This document shows, piece by piece, positions 18,821 to 27,260 of a stretch of DNA of 34,904 nucleotides. Position numbers and translations under genes: made by a program. The number at the start of each line of letters is the position of its first letter. Position 1 is the stretch's first letter. This stretch comes from a virus. Lineage: Duplodnaviria > Caudoviricetes. The notes beneath the pieces are model-generated. The model saw only the letters and a program-made list of their open reading frames with translations, had not been told where the DNA came from and did no database searches. Location of the stretch: the IMG/VR virus record IMGVR_UViG_3300022926_001670, positions 1 to 34,904 of that record. The stretch is one strand, 5' to 3'.

Positions 18821-18849
18821 TTGACTTTGATCAATATATAAGTTATAAT
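18821..18849 (+). promoter_or_regulatory. Sigma70-type promoter giving a leaderless transcript
   Basis: TTGACT-N17-TATAAT, with the ATG 5 nt downstream. Confidence 0.75.
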
Positions 18850-18854
18850 AAAGA

Positions 18855-19268
18855 ATGCCTAAATACAATTTACTATGTTCTCGGGATCACGAATTTGAAG
18901 GTTGGTTCGATTCTGAAAAATCATATATAAATCAAAAACAAAAAAAGTTAATCGGATGTCCGATATGCGATGATACATTGATACGTAGGGCAGTCATGTC
19001 ACCTAACATAAGTCCAAAAACTAAAAAAATCACAAGTAAAAAAAGCAATACTGCTTTTTATAATAGCAGATCTACTCTTCAACATTTGAAGACCTGGGTC
19101 GAAAAAAATTGTGAAAATGTAGGTGATCGATTTGCCAAGGAGGCTCGTAAAGCGTCTTTGGGAGAACGTGATGATCATATATACGGTACAGCATCAGATA
19201 AAGAAATAAAAGAACTTCATGAAGAAGGAATAGGAGCAATAAGAATACCAAATGTCAAAGATAACTGA
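18855..19268 (+). CDS. DUF1178 family protein
   Basis: YNLLC..DHEFEGWF, CPIC, ENVGDRFAKEAR and IYGTAS motifs. Confidence 0.9.
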   Translation: MPKYNLLCSRDHEFEGWFDSEKSYINQKQKKLIGCPICDDTLIRRAVMSPNISPKTKKITSKKSNTAFYNSRSTLQHLKTWVEKNCENVGDRFAKEARKASLGERDDHIYGTASDKEIKELHEEGIGAIRIPNVKDN

Positions 19269-19503
19269 AGTAATAGTTTGGAGTAAGCCAATGTGTCCAT
19301 ATTGTGATATGGCAAAAGCCTTGCTTAAACAAAAAGAAATACAATACGAAGAAAGAAAAATTGGTGAAGGTTGGACCAAAGAACAACTGCTTGAAGCATT
19401 ACCCAATGTTAGAAGTGTACCACAAATCATAATCAACGGAAACTCTATTGGAGGATTTCAGGAATTGAAAGCCTTCTTTGAAAAAGGAGAACATAATGGC
19501 TAG
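19252..19503 (+). CDS. Glutaredoxin
   Basis: CPYC, SVPQI and IGGF motifs. Confidence 0.95.
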   Translation: MSKITEVIVWSKPMCPYCDMAKALLKQKEIQYEERKIGEGWTKEQLLEALPNVRSVPQIIINGNSIGGFQELKAFFEKGEHNG

Positions 19504-19783
19504 ACCACAAGCAGGAGACACAATAACTATCAAACTGATGAGCGGTGAGGAAGTAATAGCACGTTTAGAAGAAGATCAAGAAGAGAAGTTAGTAGTAGCA
19601 AAACCAAGAGCTATTGTTAATATCCCTAACAAAGGAATAGGTCTTGGACCATTTGTGTTTACCATACCACAAAATGCTTCAATTGAAATCTACAAAAAGA
19701 ATGTGGTGTGTTATACTGAAACTGAAGATGGCATGGCTAGACAATACACACAAGGTACAACAGGTTTAACACTGCCTAAATAA
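19496..19783 (+). CDS. Conserved phage protein, possibly Sm-like fold
   Basis: AAGGAG RBS before ATG 19496. IKLMSGEEVIA motif. Confidence 0.7.
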   Translation: MARPQAGDTITIKLMSGEEVIARLEEDQEEKLVVAKPRAIVNIPNKGIGLGPFVFTIPQNASIEIYKKNVVCYTETEDGMARQYTQGTTGLTLPK

Positions 19784-20370
19784 TGTCAAAAATTATAGCC
19801 ACAGACTGCGATGGTGTACTGCTCAAATGGGAGCAAAGTTTCGATGCTTGGATGAAGTTTCAAGGCTTTCCCAAATTGGCCAATGATCACTATGAAATGC
19901 ACATGAACTATCATATGAATAAAGGTCAATGTGAAGTGTTGATTAAAATATTCAACGAGAGTGCTTGGATGAAAGATCTAGAACCTATAGATGGTGCTGT
20001 GGAAAATGTTAAAAAAATCGCTGATTTAGGATACAAGTTTCATGTGATCACTAGTCAGACGTTGGACATCAAAGCAAATCAATTGAGAGAACAGAATCTT
20101 AAGGAAGTGTTCGGTGATGTGTTTGAAACAATAGAGTGTTTGGACACAGGAGCGGACAAAGATGAAGCACTATCCAAAATACCAGAAGGTACCGTTTGGA
20201 TAGAAGACAAACCGGTTAATGCCGAATTAGGTGCTGACATGGGTTTGGTAGCATTACTACTTGACCATGCACACAATTCAGTGTATAATACAGTTAATTC
20301 AGTCCGAAGAGTAAAAGATTGGACTGAAATTTATAACGTTATAAAGGAGAAACATCATGGCAACACATGA
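19783..20370 (+). CDS. HAD-family 5'(3')-deoxyribonucleotidase-like protein
   Basis: DCDGV, VITS, K and WIEDK HAD motifs. Confidence 0.85.
   Translation: MSKIIATDCDGVLLKWEQSFDAWMKFQGFPKLANDHYEMHMNYHMNKGQCEVLIKIFNESAWMKDLEPIDGAVENVKKIADLGYKFHVITSQTLDIKANQLREQNLKEVFGDVFETIECLDTGADKDEALSKIPEGTVWIEDKPVNAELGADMGLVALLLDHAHNSVYNTVNSVRRVKDWTEIYNVIKEKHHGNT
20261..20289 (+). promoter_or_regulatory. Sigma70-type promoter for the Hc1-like gene
   Basis: TTGACC-N17-TATAAT. Confidence 0.65.
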
Positions 20371-20533
20371 AGAAATAAAAACTGCTTTTGAATCTTACAT
20401 CGCTGAGTCAGAAGCCTTTGAAACAAAAGGTGTAAAAGCGGCGGCGGCTAGAGCTAGAAAGGCTTTAGGCATTTTAGGTAAAGCGGTAAAATTAAGAAGA
20501 AAAGAAATACAAGAGAAGAAAAACTCTATGTAA
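20357..20533 (+). CDS. Histone H1-like (Hc1-type) basic protein (absent from the ORF track)
   Basis: AAAGGAG RBS. Translation: MATHEEIKTAFESYIAESEAFETKGVKAAAARARKALGILGKAVKLRRKEIQEKKNSM. The G.KAA..RARKA signature is present. Confidence 0.8.
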   Translation: MATHEEIKTAFESYIAESEAFETKGVKAAAARARKALGILGKAVKLRRKEIQEKKNSM

Positions 20534-20540
20534 TTATTCA

Positions 20541-20570
20541 AGTGTCGCGGATGTAATAATCCGCGGCACT
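20541..20570 (+). terminator. Hairpin after the Hc1-like gene
   Basis: AGTGTCGCGGAT-N6-ATCCGCGGCACT. No U-tract. Confidence 0.6.
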
Positions 20571-20628
20571 ACACACAAAATTTCATTAAATCGCTAAATA
20601 AGAGTATTAAGGAACAACAAGAAAAAGT

Positions 20629-20838
20629 ATGGCAAAAGGTAAAATTAAATGGTTCAACTCTGCTAAAGGATTTGGATTCATTACACCAGACAACGAAGGT
20701 AAAGACGTGTTCTTACATATCTCTGCTCTTAAAGCCGCTAACATCAAAGAAGTGATGGATGGCGAAGTGGTTGAATATGAACTACAAGAATTCAGAGGTA
20801 GAGAAGTTGCTACCGATATCAAAATCATCAAAGAATAA
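20629..20838 (+). CDS. cspA: Cold-shock protein
   Basis: KWFNSAKGFGFI (RNP1) and DVFLHIS (RNP2). TAAATA at 20595-20600. Confidence 0.95.
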   Translation: MAKGKIKWFNSAKGFGFITPDNEGKDVFLHISALKAANIKEVMDGEVVEYELQEFRGREVATDIKIIKE

Positions 20839-20842
20839 TCAC

Positions 20843-20871
20843 TTGACACTGTTGTAATAATATGCTATGTT
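20843..20871 (+). promoter_or_regulatory. Sigma70-type promoter
   Basis: TTGACA-N17-TATGTT with an extended TG. Confidence 0.6.
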
Positions 20872-20877
20872 TATGAC

Positions 20878-21075
20878 ATGGCAATAAAATTTTACAAGAC
20901 TAAAATAGTGATAGAAGACTTCCAGAATCATTGGAAGGAAGACAGCAAACACGGACACATATTCAAATTTGCTCACGGTAAAACATTCAAGGACACAAAA
21001 CCATTCATCATAGAAGTGAAGCATCCAGACAAAGTGCGTAGTTCTGATGGTAGATGGCGCAAAGTTAAAAAATAA
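20878..21075 (+). CDS. Hypothetical basic protein
   Basis: ORF directly downstream of a promoter. Confidence 0.65.
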   Translation: MAIKFYKTKIVIEDFQNHWKEDSKHGHIFKFAHGKTFKDTKPFIIEVKHPDKVRSSDGRWRKVKK

Positions 21076-21110
21076 CTTGACTTTCATTAAAATATCTGTT
21101 TAAATACACG

Positions 21111-21402
21111 TGTAGACGATGAAGTGTGTGTAATACACTTTTGGGACGTCGGGGCAGTACCGACCACCTCCACCAAATCAGTCACGCAAAACATATTAGG
21201 TAATATGCTTTACGGGGGTGATACAGGTTCGACCAGAGTTTAAAAGCACATGGAGTTTATCAGTCAGACCTCTGTAAAGGGTCAATCATAAATGCAAACG
21301 CATTTAAACCAGAAGTGACAGTTCCTGTCAGCGTATTCGCTGATGCGGAATTGGTTGCCGCTTAATAACCGGCCACTTGGCGGTTGATCTACCGGGCAAC
21401 AG
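21111..21402 (+). ncRNA. ssrA: Two-piece (circularly permuted) tmRNA of alphaproteobacterial type
   Basis: The acceptor piece ends GTCGG-GGCAGTA-CCGAC-CACCTCC-A-CCA (21175). The coding piece starts GGGGGTG (21214) and forms a 7-bp acceptor stem with G3.U70. Tag frame 21294-21365 encodes ANAFKPEVTVPVSVFADAELVAA*. GGCAACAGAA lies near the 3' end. Outer boundaries are approximate. Confidence 0.92.
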
Positions 21403-21413
21403 AACAGATCAGG

Positions 21414-21438
21414 TGTGGGAGTTTCGGCTCCCACATTT
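21414..21438 (+). terminator. Terminator after the tmRNA
   Basis: TGTGGGAG-TTTCGG-CTCCCACA-TTT. Confidence 0.75.
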
Positions 21439-21516
21439 AAAGCACAACATTATCATTAAACCATCACTTAACATTCGGATACCGATATCTAAATAATTGT
21501 ATGAAAGGAGTCGCTT

Positions 21517-21786
21517 ATGGCTCGTCCTACAAGAAAGAAAACGTCACAGTTTTCTAAATGGAAGAAGAAGGCGCCTCGTGTGCCAGACATTACCTGCCCA
21601 ATAATAGACGATGTGTTGTTACGATTAGACAAACACTATGAACAACACAAATTGTTTTCAAAACATCAATGGAATATAATCCACAAAAGAATGGAACAAC
21701 TGCGTACAGATAATGAACTACTGAGGGAAAGTGGTCAATATTGGTATGAAATTTGTAAAGAGCATCTCAAAAACCCAAAGAAATAG
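21517..21786 (+). CDS. Hypothetical phage protein
   Basis: AAAGGAG RBS and TAAATA at 21490-21495. Confidence 0.75.
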   Translation: MARPTRKKTSQFSKWKKKAPRVPDITCPIIDDVLLRLDKHYEQHKLFSKHQWNIIHKRMEQLRTDNELLRESGQYWYEICKEHLKNPKK

Positions 21787-21834
21787 CGATTAATTTGCTC
21801 TTGATTTATATCTAAAATAGTATATACTATTTGT

Positions 21835-22569
21835 ATGGCTATTTGGTATAAAAAGTATGTGATAGACAAACTGAAAAAAGCAAAAGATTCAGTGGAGGAT
21901 AAAGTGCGAGAAGCATTTCCAAGACGTACCATAAACAAAATAAAAATATTTCTTTACAAAGTGTTGGCAGTGATTGTGGTGATTTTTGCCGCATACATCT
22001 ACGGCACATTCAATCCCAATTCAATCATGGTGGACAAAATCCGTAAGCAGGAAGACAAGCGGATGGTTGAGATGGCAAAAAACTTTGGGCTACATGAACC
22101 TGAATTCAAATACGATGGTCCTAAGACTTTCGTAAAATCAATGAACCAGTGTATAGATTATCTCAACTGGACACTGCCTGTGGATCAGAGGATACCAAGA
22201 GACATTCTGGTAGCAATGGCAATCATAGAATCCGACTATGGCAAATCAAGATTTGCGGTGGAAGGCAATGCTCTGTTTGGAGTGCGAACTTGGGATTTAG
22301 ATAAAGTCCCTCACATGAAACCTGCCGCCATACCTAATGCTAGATTTGGTGTTAAAAAATACCTAACCAAATGTCAGAGTGTGGAAGATGTGATCGCAAT
22401 CATCAATAGGCACCCTGCCTATCAATCCTTTAGAGATGTGAGAAAAAAATCCACATATGAACAACCTGATATTAGAGCAATGGTGGATGGATTGAGTGCT
22501 TGGAGCACCAATGAGGATTACGCCAACATTATTTTGGACAAAATTCAATCATTGACAAACAGTAAATAA
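21835..22569 (+). CDS. Membrane-anchored GH73/Bax-like glucosaminidase (peptidoglycan hydrolase)
   Basis: AIIESDYGKSRFAVEGNALFG and WSTNEDY motifs. N-terminal TM helix. Confidence 0.85.
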   Translation: MAIWYKKYVIDKLKKAKDSVEDKVREAFPRRTINKIKIFLYKVLAVIVVIFAAYIYGTFNPNSIMVDKIRKQEDKRMVEMAKNFGLHEPEFKYDGPKTFVKSMNQCIDYLNWTLPVDQRIPRDILVAMAIIESDYGKSRFAVEGNALFGVRTWDLDKVPHMKPAAIPNARFGVKKYLTKCQSVEDVIAIINRHPAYQSFRDVRKKSTYEQPDIRAMVDGLSAWSTNEDYANIILDKIQSLTNSK

Positions 22570-22580
22570 CACAATACAAT
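22552..22580 (+). promoter_or_regulatory. Sigma70-type promoter giving a leaderless transcript
   Basis: TTGACA-N17-TACAAT, with the ATG 6 nt downstream. Confidence 0.7.
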
Positions 22581-22586
22581 AATAGA

Positions 22587-22970
22587 ATGGGATTTATTAT
22601 TTTGAAGCAACCTAAAAGAGTCAAACACAGATTACCCAACACAGCATCACTGCGAAAGGCTCGTGAGGAACACAAGGCTTGGTTGAAGGAGAGAGGCTTG
22701 GACAACATCAAACCAAGACCTAAAAAGTCTGAAACATTACAGTTTGAAAAGATTGTTGATAGACAAGGCATTCCTTGTGGTGACAAAGTGCCTGTGATGG
22801 AAAAGGGTGTGGGCAGTAAGAGAGAAGAAATGCGTTACACAGGTAAACGTAGATTGATAGGTATTGCCACCATGCATAAATCCAATCAGGTGCCTGTGTT
22901 TGCTGATGACGATGATGTATCAGGCAGAAAAGCCGCCACAGAAATCACACTGATGAAAGGTAATAAATGA
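22587..22970 (+). CDS. Conserved T4-like phage hypothetical protein
   Basis: GIATMHKSNQVPV motif. Confidence 0.75.
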   Translation: MGFIILKQPKRVKHRLPNTASLRKAREEHKAWLKERGLDNIKPRPKKSETLQFEKIVDRQGIPCGDKVPVMEKGVGSKREEMRYTGKRRLIGIATMHKSNQVPVFADDDDVSGRKAATEITLMKGNK

Positions 22971-23149
22971 GCGAAGAAAAAGAAACTTTTTGGAATTTTA
23001 TTTGTTGGGATTGTAAATGGAGAGGTGTTGCTCAAGAATTAGAAAAAGACGAGACACTGGAAGAATTTTATTGTTGTCCTAAATGTAGCAGTGAAAACTT
23101 CGAAGATGTAGGTTGGCACAAAGGTGATAAAAAATACACAGGAGAATAA
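22967..23149 (+). CDS. Small zinc-ribbon protein
   Basis: CWDC...CPKC. Confidence 0.75.
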   Translation: MSEEKETFWNFICWDCKWRGVAQELEKDETLEEFYCCPKCSSENFEDVGWHKGDKKYTGE

Positions 23150-23248
23150 ATGTTAGGTTTGTTTTTTATAGGAATAGTTTTTAGTGTGGCAGTGATGGCA
23201 TTATTATTACACATAAGGAAGTATGATGACCACCACGAAGAAAATTAA
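23150..23248 (+). CDS. 32-aa single-TM peptide (absent from the ORF track)
   Basis: AGGAG RBS. Translation: MLGLFFIGIVFSVAVMALLLHIRKYDDHHEEN. Confidence 0.6.
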   Translation: MLGLFFIGIVFSVAVMALLLHIRKYDDHHEEN

Positions 23249-23738
23249 ATCTTGGTTCAATTTCGATTGGTTGAAGAAGTCTGAGTTGATTGAACTCAAA
23301 CAGGTTGATTGCTCACAGGATCCTGTGAGACCAGAACTGGATATTAAATTCAGAACATCTTACGGTAGAAAAATTTACGGACTCAAACACAATGGAGAAA
23401 TCAAAGCAGTGATGTGTTTTGGCTTTGTGAATGAAATACCCACCACTGTGGAAGAATTGGATCTGTTTTCTAAAGACGCCTATCTACAAGCCACCCATAG
23501 AGCAGGCATACAAGGTTCTATTGCTATTGCCTACACTGTGTGGAGTCTCAAAAAAGGCGGTGGCAAAATGATTGTTAACGAAGTGTACAAAATGATTAAG
23601 AAGTCTAATCATCTCAATAGATTAATCACACTGTCTCCGTTGACCCAAATGGCAGAAAGATTTCATTTGAAAAACGGTGCTCGTCTTATTCAAAAGAACG
23701 AAACCTCCCAAAACTTCGAATACACTGTTTCCAAATAG
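23223..23738 (+). CDS. Conserved phage protein, possibly GNAT-like
   Basis: YTVWSLKKGGG...TLSP...AERFHLKNGA resembles GNAT motifs A and B. Confidence 0.6.
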   Translation: MMTTTKKIKSWFNFDWLKKSELIELKQVDCSQDPVRPELDIKFRTSYGRKIYGLKHNGEIKAVMCFGFVNEIPTTVEELDLFSKDAYLQATHRAGIQGSIAIAYTVWSLKKGGGKMIVNEVYKMIKKSNHLNRLITLSPLTQMAERFHLKNGARLIQKNETSQNFEYTVSK

Positions 23739-23801
23739 ATATTTTGGTAACATTAAAACAAAAACTCAATAACGACGCCATTTCTTTTTGGTATTCAATG
23801 C

Positions 23802-23830
23802 TTGACTATTTTGGCTGATTCTTATATACT
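23802..23830 (+). promoter_or_regulatory. Sigma70-type promoter
   Basis: TTGACT-N17-TATACT followed by AAGGAGG. Confidence 0.75.
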
Positions 23831-23851
23831 ATACACTTACAAAGGAGGCTT

Positions 23852-24439
23852 ATGAAAAGGCACATTAATATAATAATGGTACTTGTATTAGGTTTTGTTT
23901 TATCTGCTTGTTCAGGTAGAATGGTACAATTACCAACAGAAAACACAAAAGGAAAACAGGTACCTGCTTGGTATCTTAAACACGCAGATACTGGCAAAGA
24001 AGGTATCATATTTAGAGATGGATTCTACTACGCAGTAGCAGTGGCAGTATCTCCAGATATGGAAATGTCTCAAAAGAAGGCAGTTCTTAAAGCCAAGGCA
24101 AAGATCACAGACAGAATAAATGGTGAGATGAACAATAAGACATCCATCAACTATTCAGAAAAAGGTGCATCGGAGTCTATGACTGGAACTGTTGAAGCAC
24201 AAGACGTGATTGTGAATATGATCAAACAGACTGTGTTGAGAACATATTCTGTGGAGAAGAAGATCACTCTTTACAACACAGACAAAAACAATTACAGATC
24301 GTTTGTGTTGATGAAAATCTCTAAGAAAGATGTTGATGCTATCGTTCAATTGGTTGAGGACAAAAACAATAAAAAGTTACTCAGCAAAGTGAAAGTCAGC
24401 GATACTTCCGACAAAGTGTTAAAACAGTCTGAGAGGTAA
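23852..24439 (+). CDS. Lipoprotein, LPP20-like
   Basis: Lipobox LSAC and VPAWY motif. Confidence 0.75.
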   Translation: MKRHINIIMVLVLGFVLSACSGRMVQLPTENTKGKQVPAWYLKHADTGKEGIIFRDGFYYAVAVAVSPDMEMSQKKAVLKAKAKITDRINGEMNNKTSINYSEKGASESMTGTVEAQDVIVNMIKQTVLRTYSVEKKITLYNTDKNNYRSFVLMKISKKDVDAIVQLVEDKNNKKLLSKVKVSDTSDKVLKQSER

Positions 24440-24440
24440 T

Positions 24441-24791
24441 ATGCGAAACCTACTCTACGCGATTGCTCTGATTATGTTATCGCTTGGTATGATACTATTT
24501 TTTATAGGATCGTCAGCCACAGCAGGTGGTGTATGGAGTGATCAATACTGTAATGCTCAAACAGAGACCGTTATCATTAAGAACGATAAAGGTCAAATAC
24601 TCGACAAGCAGATAGTAGAAAAAATGGTGTGCGATGATGGTGCTAAAGACTTTTTAGCATATTCAGGCATTGCCAAAGAATGTAGAGAGTATTGGTTCGA
24701 TATGTTTGTTAACAACGAATGGATAAGGAAAAAAGGATATGTCTGTCAAAAATTTGATGGCTCTTGGGAAATGGTTAATCCTAGGCAGTAG
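24441..24791 (+). CDS. Secreted four-Cys hypothetical protein
   Basis: Signal/TM segment, GAGG RBS, C-terminal CQKFDGSW. Confidence 0.7.
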   Translation: MRNLLYAIALIMLSLGMILFFIGSSATAGGVWSDQYCNAQTETVIIKNDKGQILDKQIVEKMVCDDGAKDFLAYSGIAKECREYWFDMFVNNEWIRKKGYVCQKFDGSWEMVNPRQ

Positions 24792-25188
24792 TTTACTATT
24801 AACTGCCTGTGGCACCACTACCAGTGTGAACAAAAGTGTTAGCACAGAAAAAAGTGTTGTTCACAATTATACACACGCAGGAACTGGTGTAGAATTGTGG
24901 TACAACTTTATGCGACACAACATGGGAAAGTTATCCAAAGAGGACAGTAAAAAGCAGAATCAAGCAGTATTTTTTGCCTTAGATAATCTTGAAGAAGGCA
25001 AGATAGTTGCTTGGCATAATATGAAGACTGATACTCATGGATTTGTAAAAATTGTGATGAGTTACCCACACGGCAGTGGTTATTGCAGAGTTGTGTTTAC
25101 GCAAATAAAAAAGAAAAGCAACGCAAGAGATTTCAAAGAAACTGCCTGTAGAGATGTTGCATACCAAGGGTGGCAATTTATTAGGTAA
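24739..25188 (+). CDS. Lipoprotein, 17-kDa surface-antigen-like (start may be 24757)
   Basis: Lipobox LTAC and ALD..EG..VAWHN...GYCR...TACR...W pattern. Confidence 0.75.
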   Translation: MSVKNLMALGKWLILGSSLLLTACGTTTSVNKSVSTEKSVVHNYTHAGTGVELWYNFMRHNMGKLSKEDSKKQNQAVFFALDNLEEGKIVAWHNMKTDTHGFVKIVMSYPHGSGYCRVVFTQIKKKSNARDFKETACRDVAYQGWQFIR

Positions 25189-25223
25189 AATTAGGTAAAT
25201 ACAGCATACGAAAAGAGTAAAGT

Positions 25224-26765
25224 ATGCTATTTGGACTTATTACATTTTTAACCGCACTTACAATATCAGGTGTAGCAATTTATTATTCAGTCGCAGGACT
25301 AGTGGCTATTTTTGCCGCGGCGGCTGTACCAATCATCATAATGGGCACTTCATTAGAAGTGGGCAAATTGGTTACAGCAGTGTGGCTCCATAAGAATTGG
25401 AAAAAAGCACCTTTATTTCTAAAAACATATCTTTCAATTGCAGTGTTGGTGTTGATGTTGATAACATCCATGGGTATATTTGGATTTCTATCCAAAGCAC
25501 ACGTGGATCAAAATTTATCCTCAGACACAGTTACCCAAAGAATTGAAATCATAGACAACAAAATTAAAGCAGAGAACAGTTACATAGTGCGTCAAAAAGA
25601 CGTATTAACACGTCTATCAGGGCAAGACAAGGGCAACGAATCTAGATTTAACCAAGACATCCAGATAGAACAAAAGAAGATAGACGACGCTTACAAACGT
25701 CTTGAAGTGTTAGATGCTGATGTTAAAGCATATACAGATCAAGGATCAGGATTCCTAAAAGGTGATAATGTTAAAAGAGGATTGGAAGTTCGTAAAAGTC
25801 AACAACCTGAAAGAGACAGAATCAATCAACAGATCACAGTAGCACAAGAAAACATCAACAAGTTAAGAGCTCAAATAAACTCCACATTGGCATCAAACAC
25901 TGTGGAAATCAAAACCATTGAAAAGAACATATTCGATGCTCAAGGCAGAATTGAAACTCTGATTATAGAACAAGAACCATTAAAAGGACAGTTAATGAAA
26001 CTGGAATCAGAAGTGGGTCCGATCAGATACATCGCTGAATTTGTGTATGGAGAACAAGCAGATAGAAATCTATTAGAAGAAGCAGTGCGTTGGGTCATCA
26101 TCACAATCATATTTGTGTTTGATCCATTAGCAGTATTATTGTTGATTGCTTCACAATACACATTCAGATGGAGATATATCGACACCCATGGAGAAGACCC
26201 AGATGCTCCTAAAACTCCACCAGCACCTAAGACTCCACCTAAAGCACCAACACCTGCACCCATACCAAGTGGCGGACAGAGTTTGAGTAAAATTGTGGAA
26301 AAACAAAAAGAAGTACAGGGTAAAACTAAAGCAATAAAGTTAAGTGATATCGCCAAAAAAAAAGAAGTGAAAACCACACCTAGTCCAGAAGTAATACAAA
26401 ATTTTAAAGCACGGGAACAAAAAGAAGCAGAAGATTTAAGACGTATATCTTACGAAGCCAAAGAAGAACATTGGCAAAAATCCAAAACTGCTTGGAAAGA
26501 GGCTAATCCATCTGACACCATTCATAGACACAAAGAGCTATACATCAAGGGTGCTATTGACACATTACCTTGGGAAAACTTTGAAATAAAAGAAGAACAA
26601 CCACCAATGCCGTTGGATCAATGGAACAAAATGATCGAAGAAGCAGAAAAACAAGCACAAATTGAAAAAGAAGAACAAGCAAAAAAAAAGACTTCAGCAT
26701 ACATAATCAGAGAGCAGGATCAACAAGTCAAAAAGAAGATTCAGGAAGAATCAAACCAAACTTAA
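25224..26765 (+). CDS. Multi-TM coiled-coil membrane protein with a Pro-rich linker
   Basis: Three N-terminal TM helices, a long coiled coil, a further TM (IFVFDPLAV) and PKTPP repeats. TAAATA at 25196-25201. Confidence 0.85.
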   Translation: MLFGLITFLTALTISGVAIYYSVAGLVAIFAAAAVPIIIMGTSLEVGKLVTAVWLHKNWKKAPLFLKTYLSIAVLVLMLITSMGIFGFLSKAHVDQNLSSDTVTQRIEIIDNKIKAENSYIVRQKDVLTRLSGQDKGNESRFNQDIQIEQKKIDDAYKRLEVLDADVKAYTDQGSGFLKGDNVKRGLEVRKSQQPERDRINQQITVAQENINKLRAQINSTLASNTVEIKTIEKNIFDAQGRIETLIIEQEPLKGQLMKLESEVGPIRYIAEFVYGEQADRNLLEEAVRWVIITIIFVFDPLAVLLLIASQYTFRWRYIDTHGEDPDAPKTPPAPKTPPKAPTPAPIPSGGQSLSKIVEKQKEVQGKTKAIKLSDIAKKKEVKTTPSPEVIQNFKAREQKEAEDLRRISYEAKEEHWQKSKTAWKEANPSDTIHRHKELYIKGAIDTLPWENFEIKEEQPPMPLDQWNKMIEEAEKQAQIEKEEQAKKKTSAYIIREQDQQVKKKIQEESNQT

Positions 26766-26861
26766 CGGAATTGGTATATCCAGAATCCTACCATCAAAAC
26801 GAAGAACAATCTGAAGGTTCACATTGGAAAAAACTATACGAATAACAGAATAATTATTTGT

Positions 26862-27260
26862 ATGCCCAAATTAAATTTGATCACAGAACCAGACAAACTA
26901 TACAATGAAAATCGCAGTATTCTATTGATTACTCCGTCAATTAGTTGCAAAGCAGATTTCAATGAAAGAGCCAAACAGTTCGAAAATGATGTTAACGTGT
27001 ATATGTTCGAAACAAATGATCCAGACGAGCAACAAAATTTAAAATGGTTAATTGAAGTAGCAAACACTGTTGACCTAATAATATTTGATATGAATGGTAT
27101 ATTCAAAGACAGGTGGTTAATAGGTTACATCCTTAATAAATCAAACTGTTTTTACTTATGGAGTGGCAGTGACGCTTTTGAATTTCATTTGATTAACAGC
27201 AATAGAATTTATGATTTAGAATTTTTACCAAACAAAATTAAAGAACTGGAGAACAAATAA
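26862..27260 (+). CDS. Hypothetical phage protein
   Basis: 132-aa ORF, TAATG-coupled to the next gene. Confidence 0.7.
   Translation: MPKLNLITEPDKLYNENRSILLITPSISCKADFNERAKQFENDVNVYMFETNDPDEQQNLKWLIEVANTVDLIIFDMNGIFKDRWLIGYILNKSNCFYLWSGSDAFEFHLINSNRIYDLEFLPNKIKELENK

Noticed and set aside
21145-21175. Stand-alone tRNA gene
   Set aside because: It has no anticodon arm and its 5' acceptor strand lies downstream, which the permuted tmRNA explains.
26200-26270. PKTPP repeat as a DNA repeat element
   Set aside because: It is a degenerate coding repeat of a Pro-rich linker.
26355-26363. A9 run as a frameshift site
   Set aside because: It is in a different phase (AAA AAA AAA G) and the -1 frame stops after six codons.
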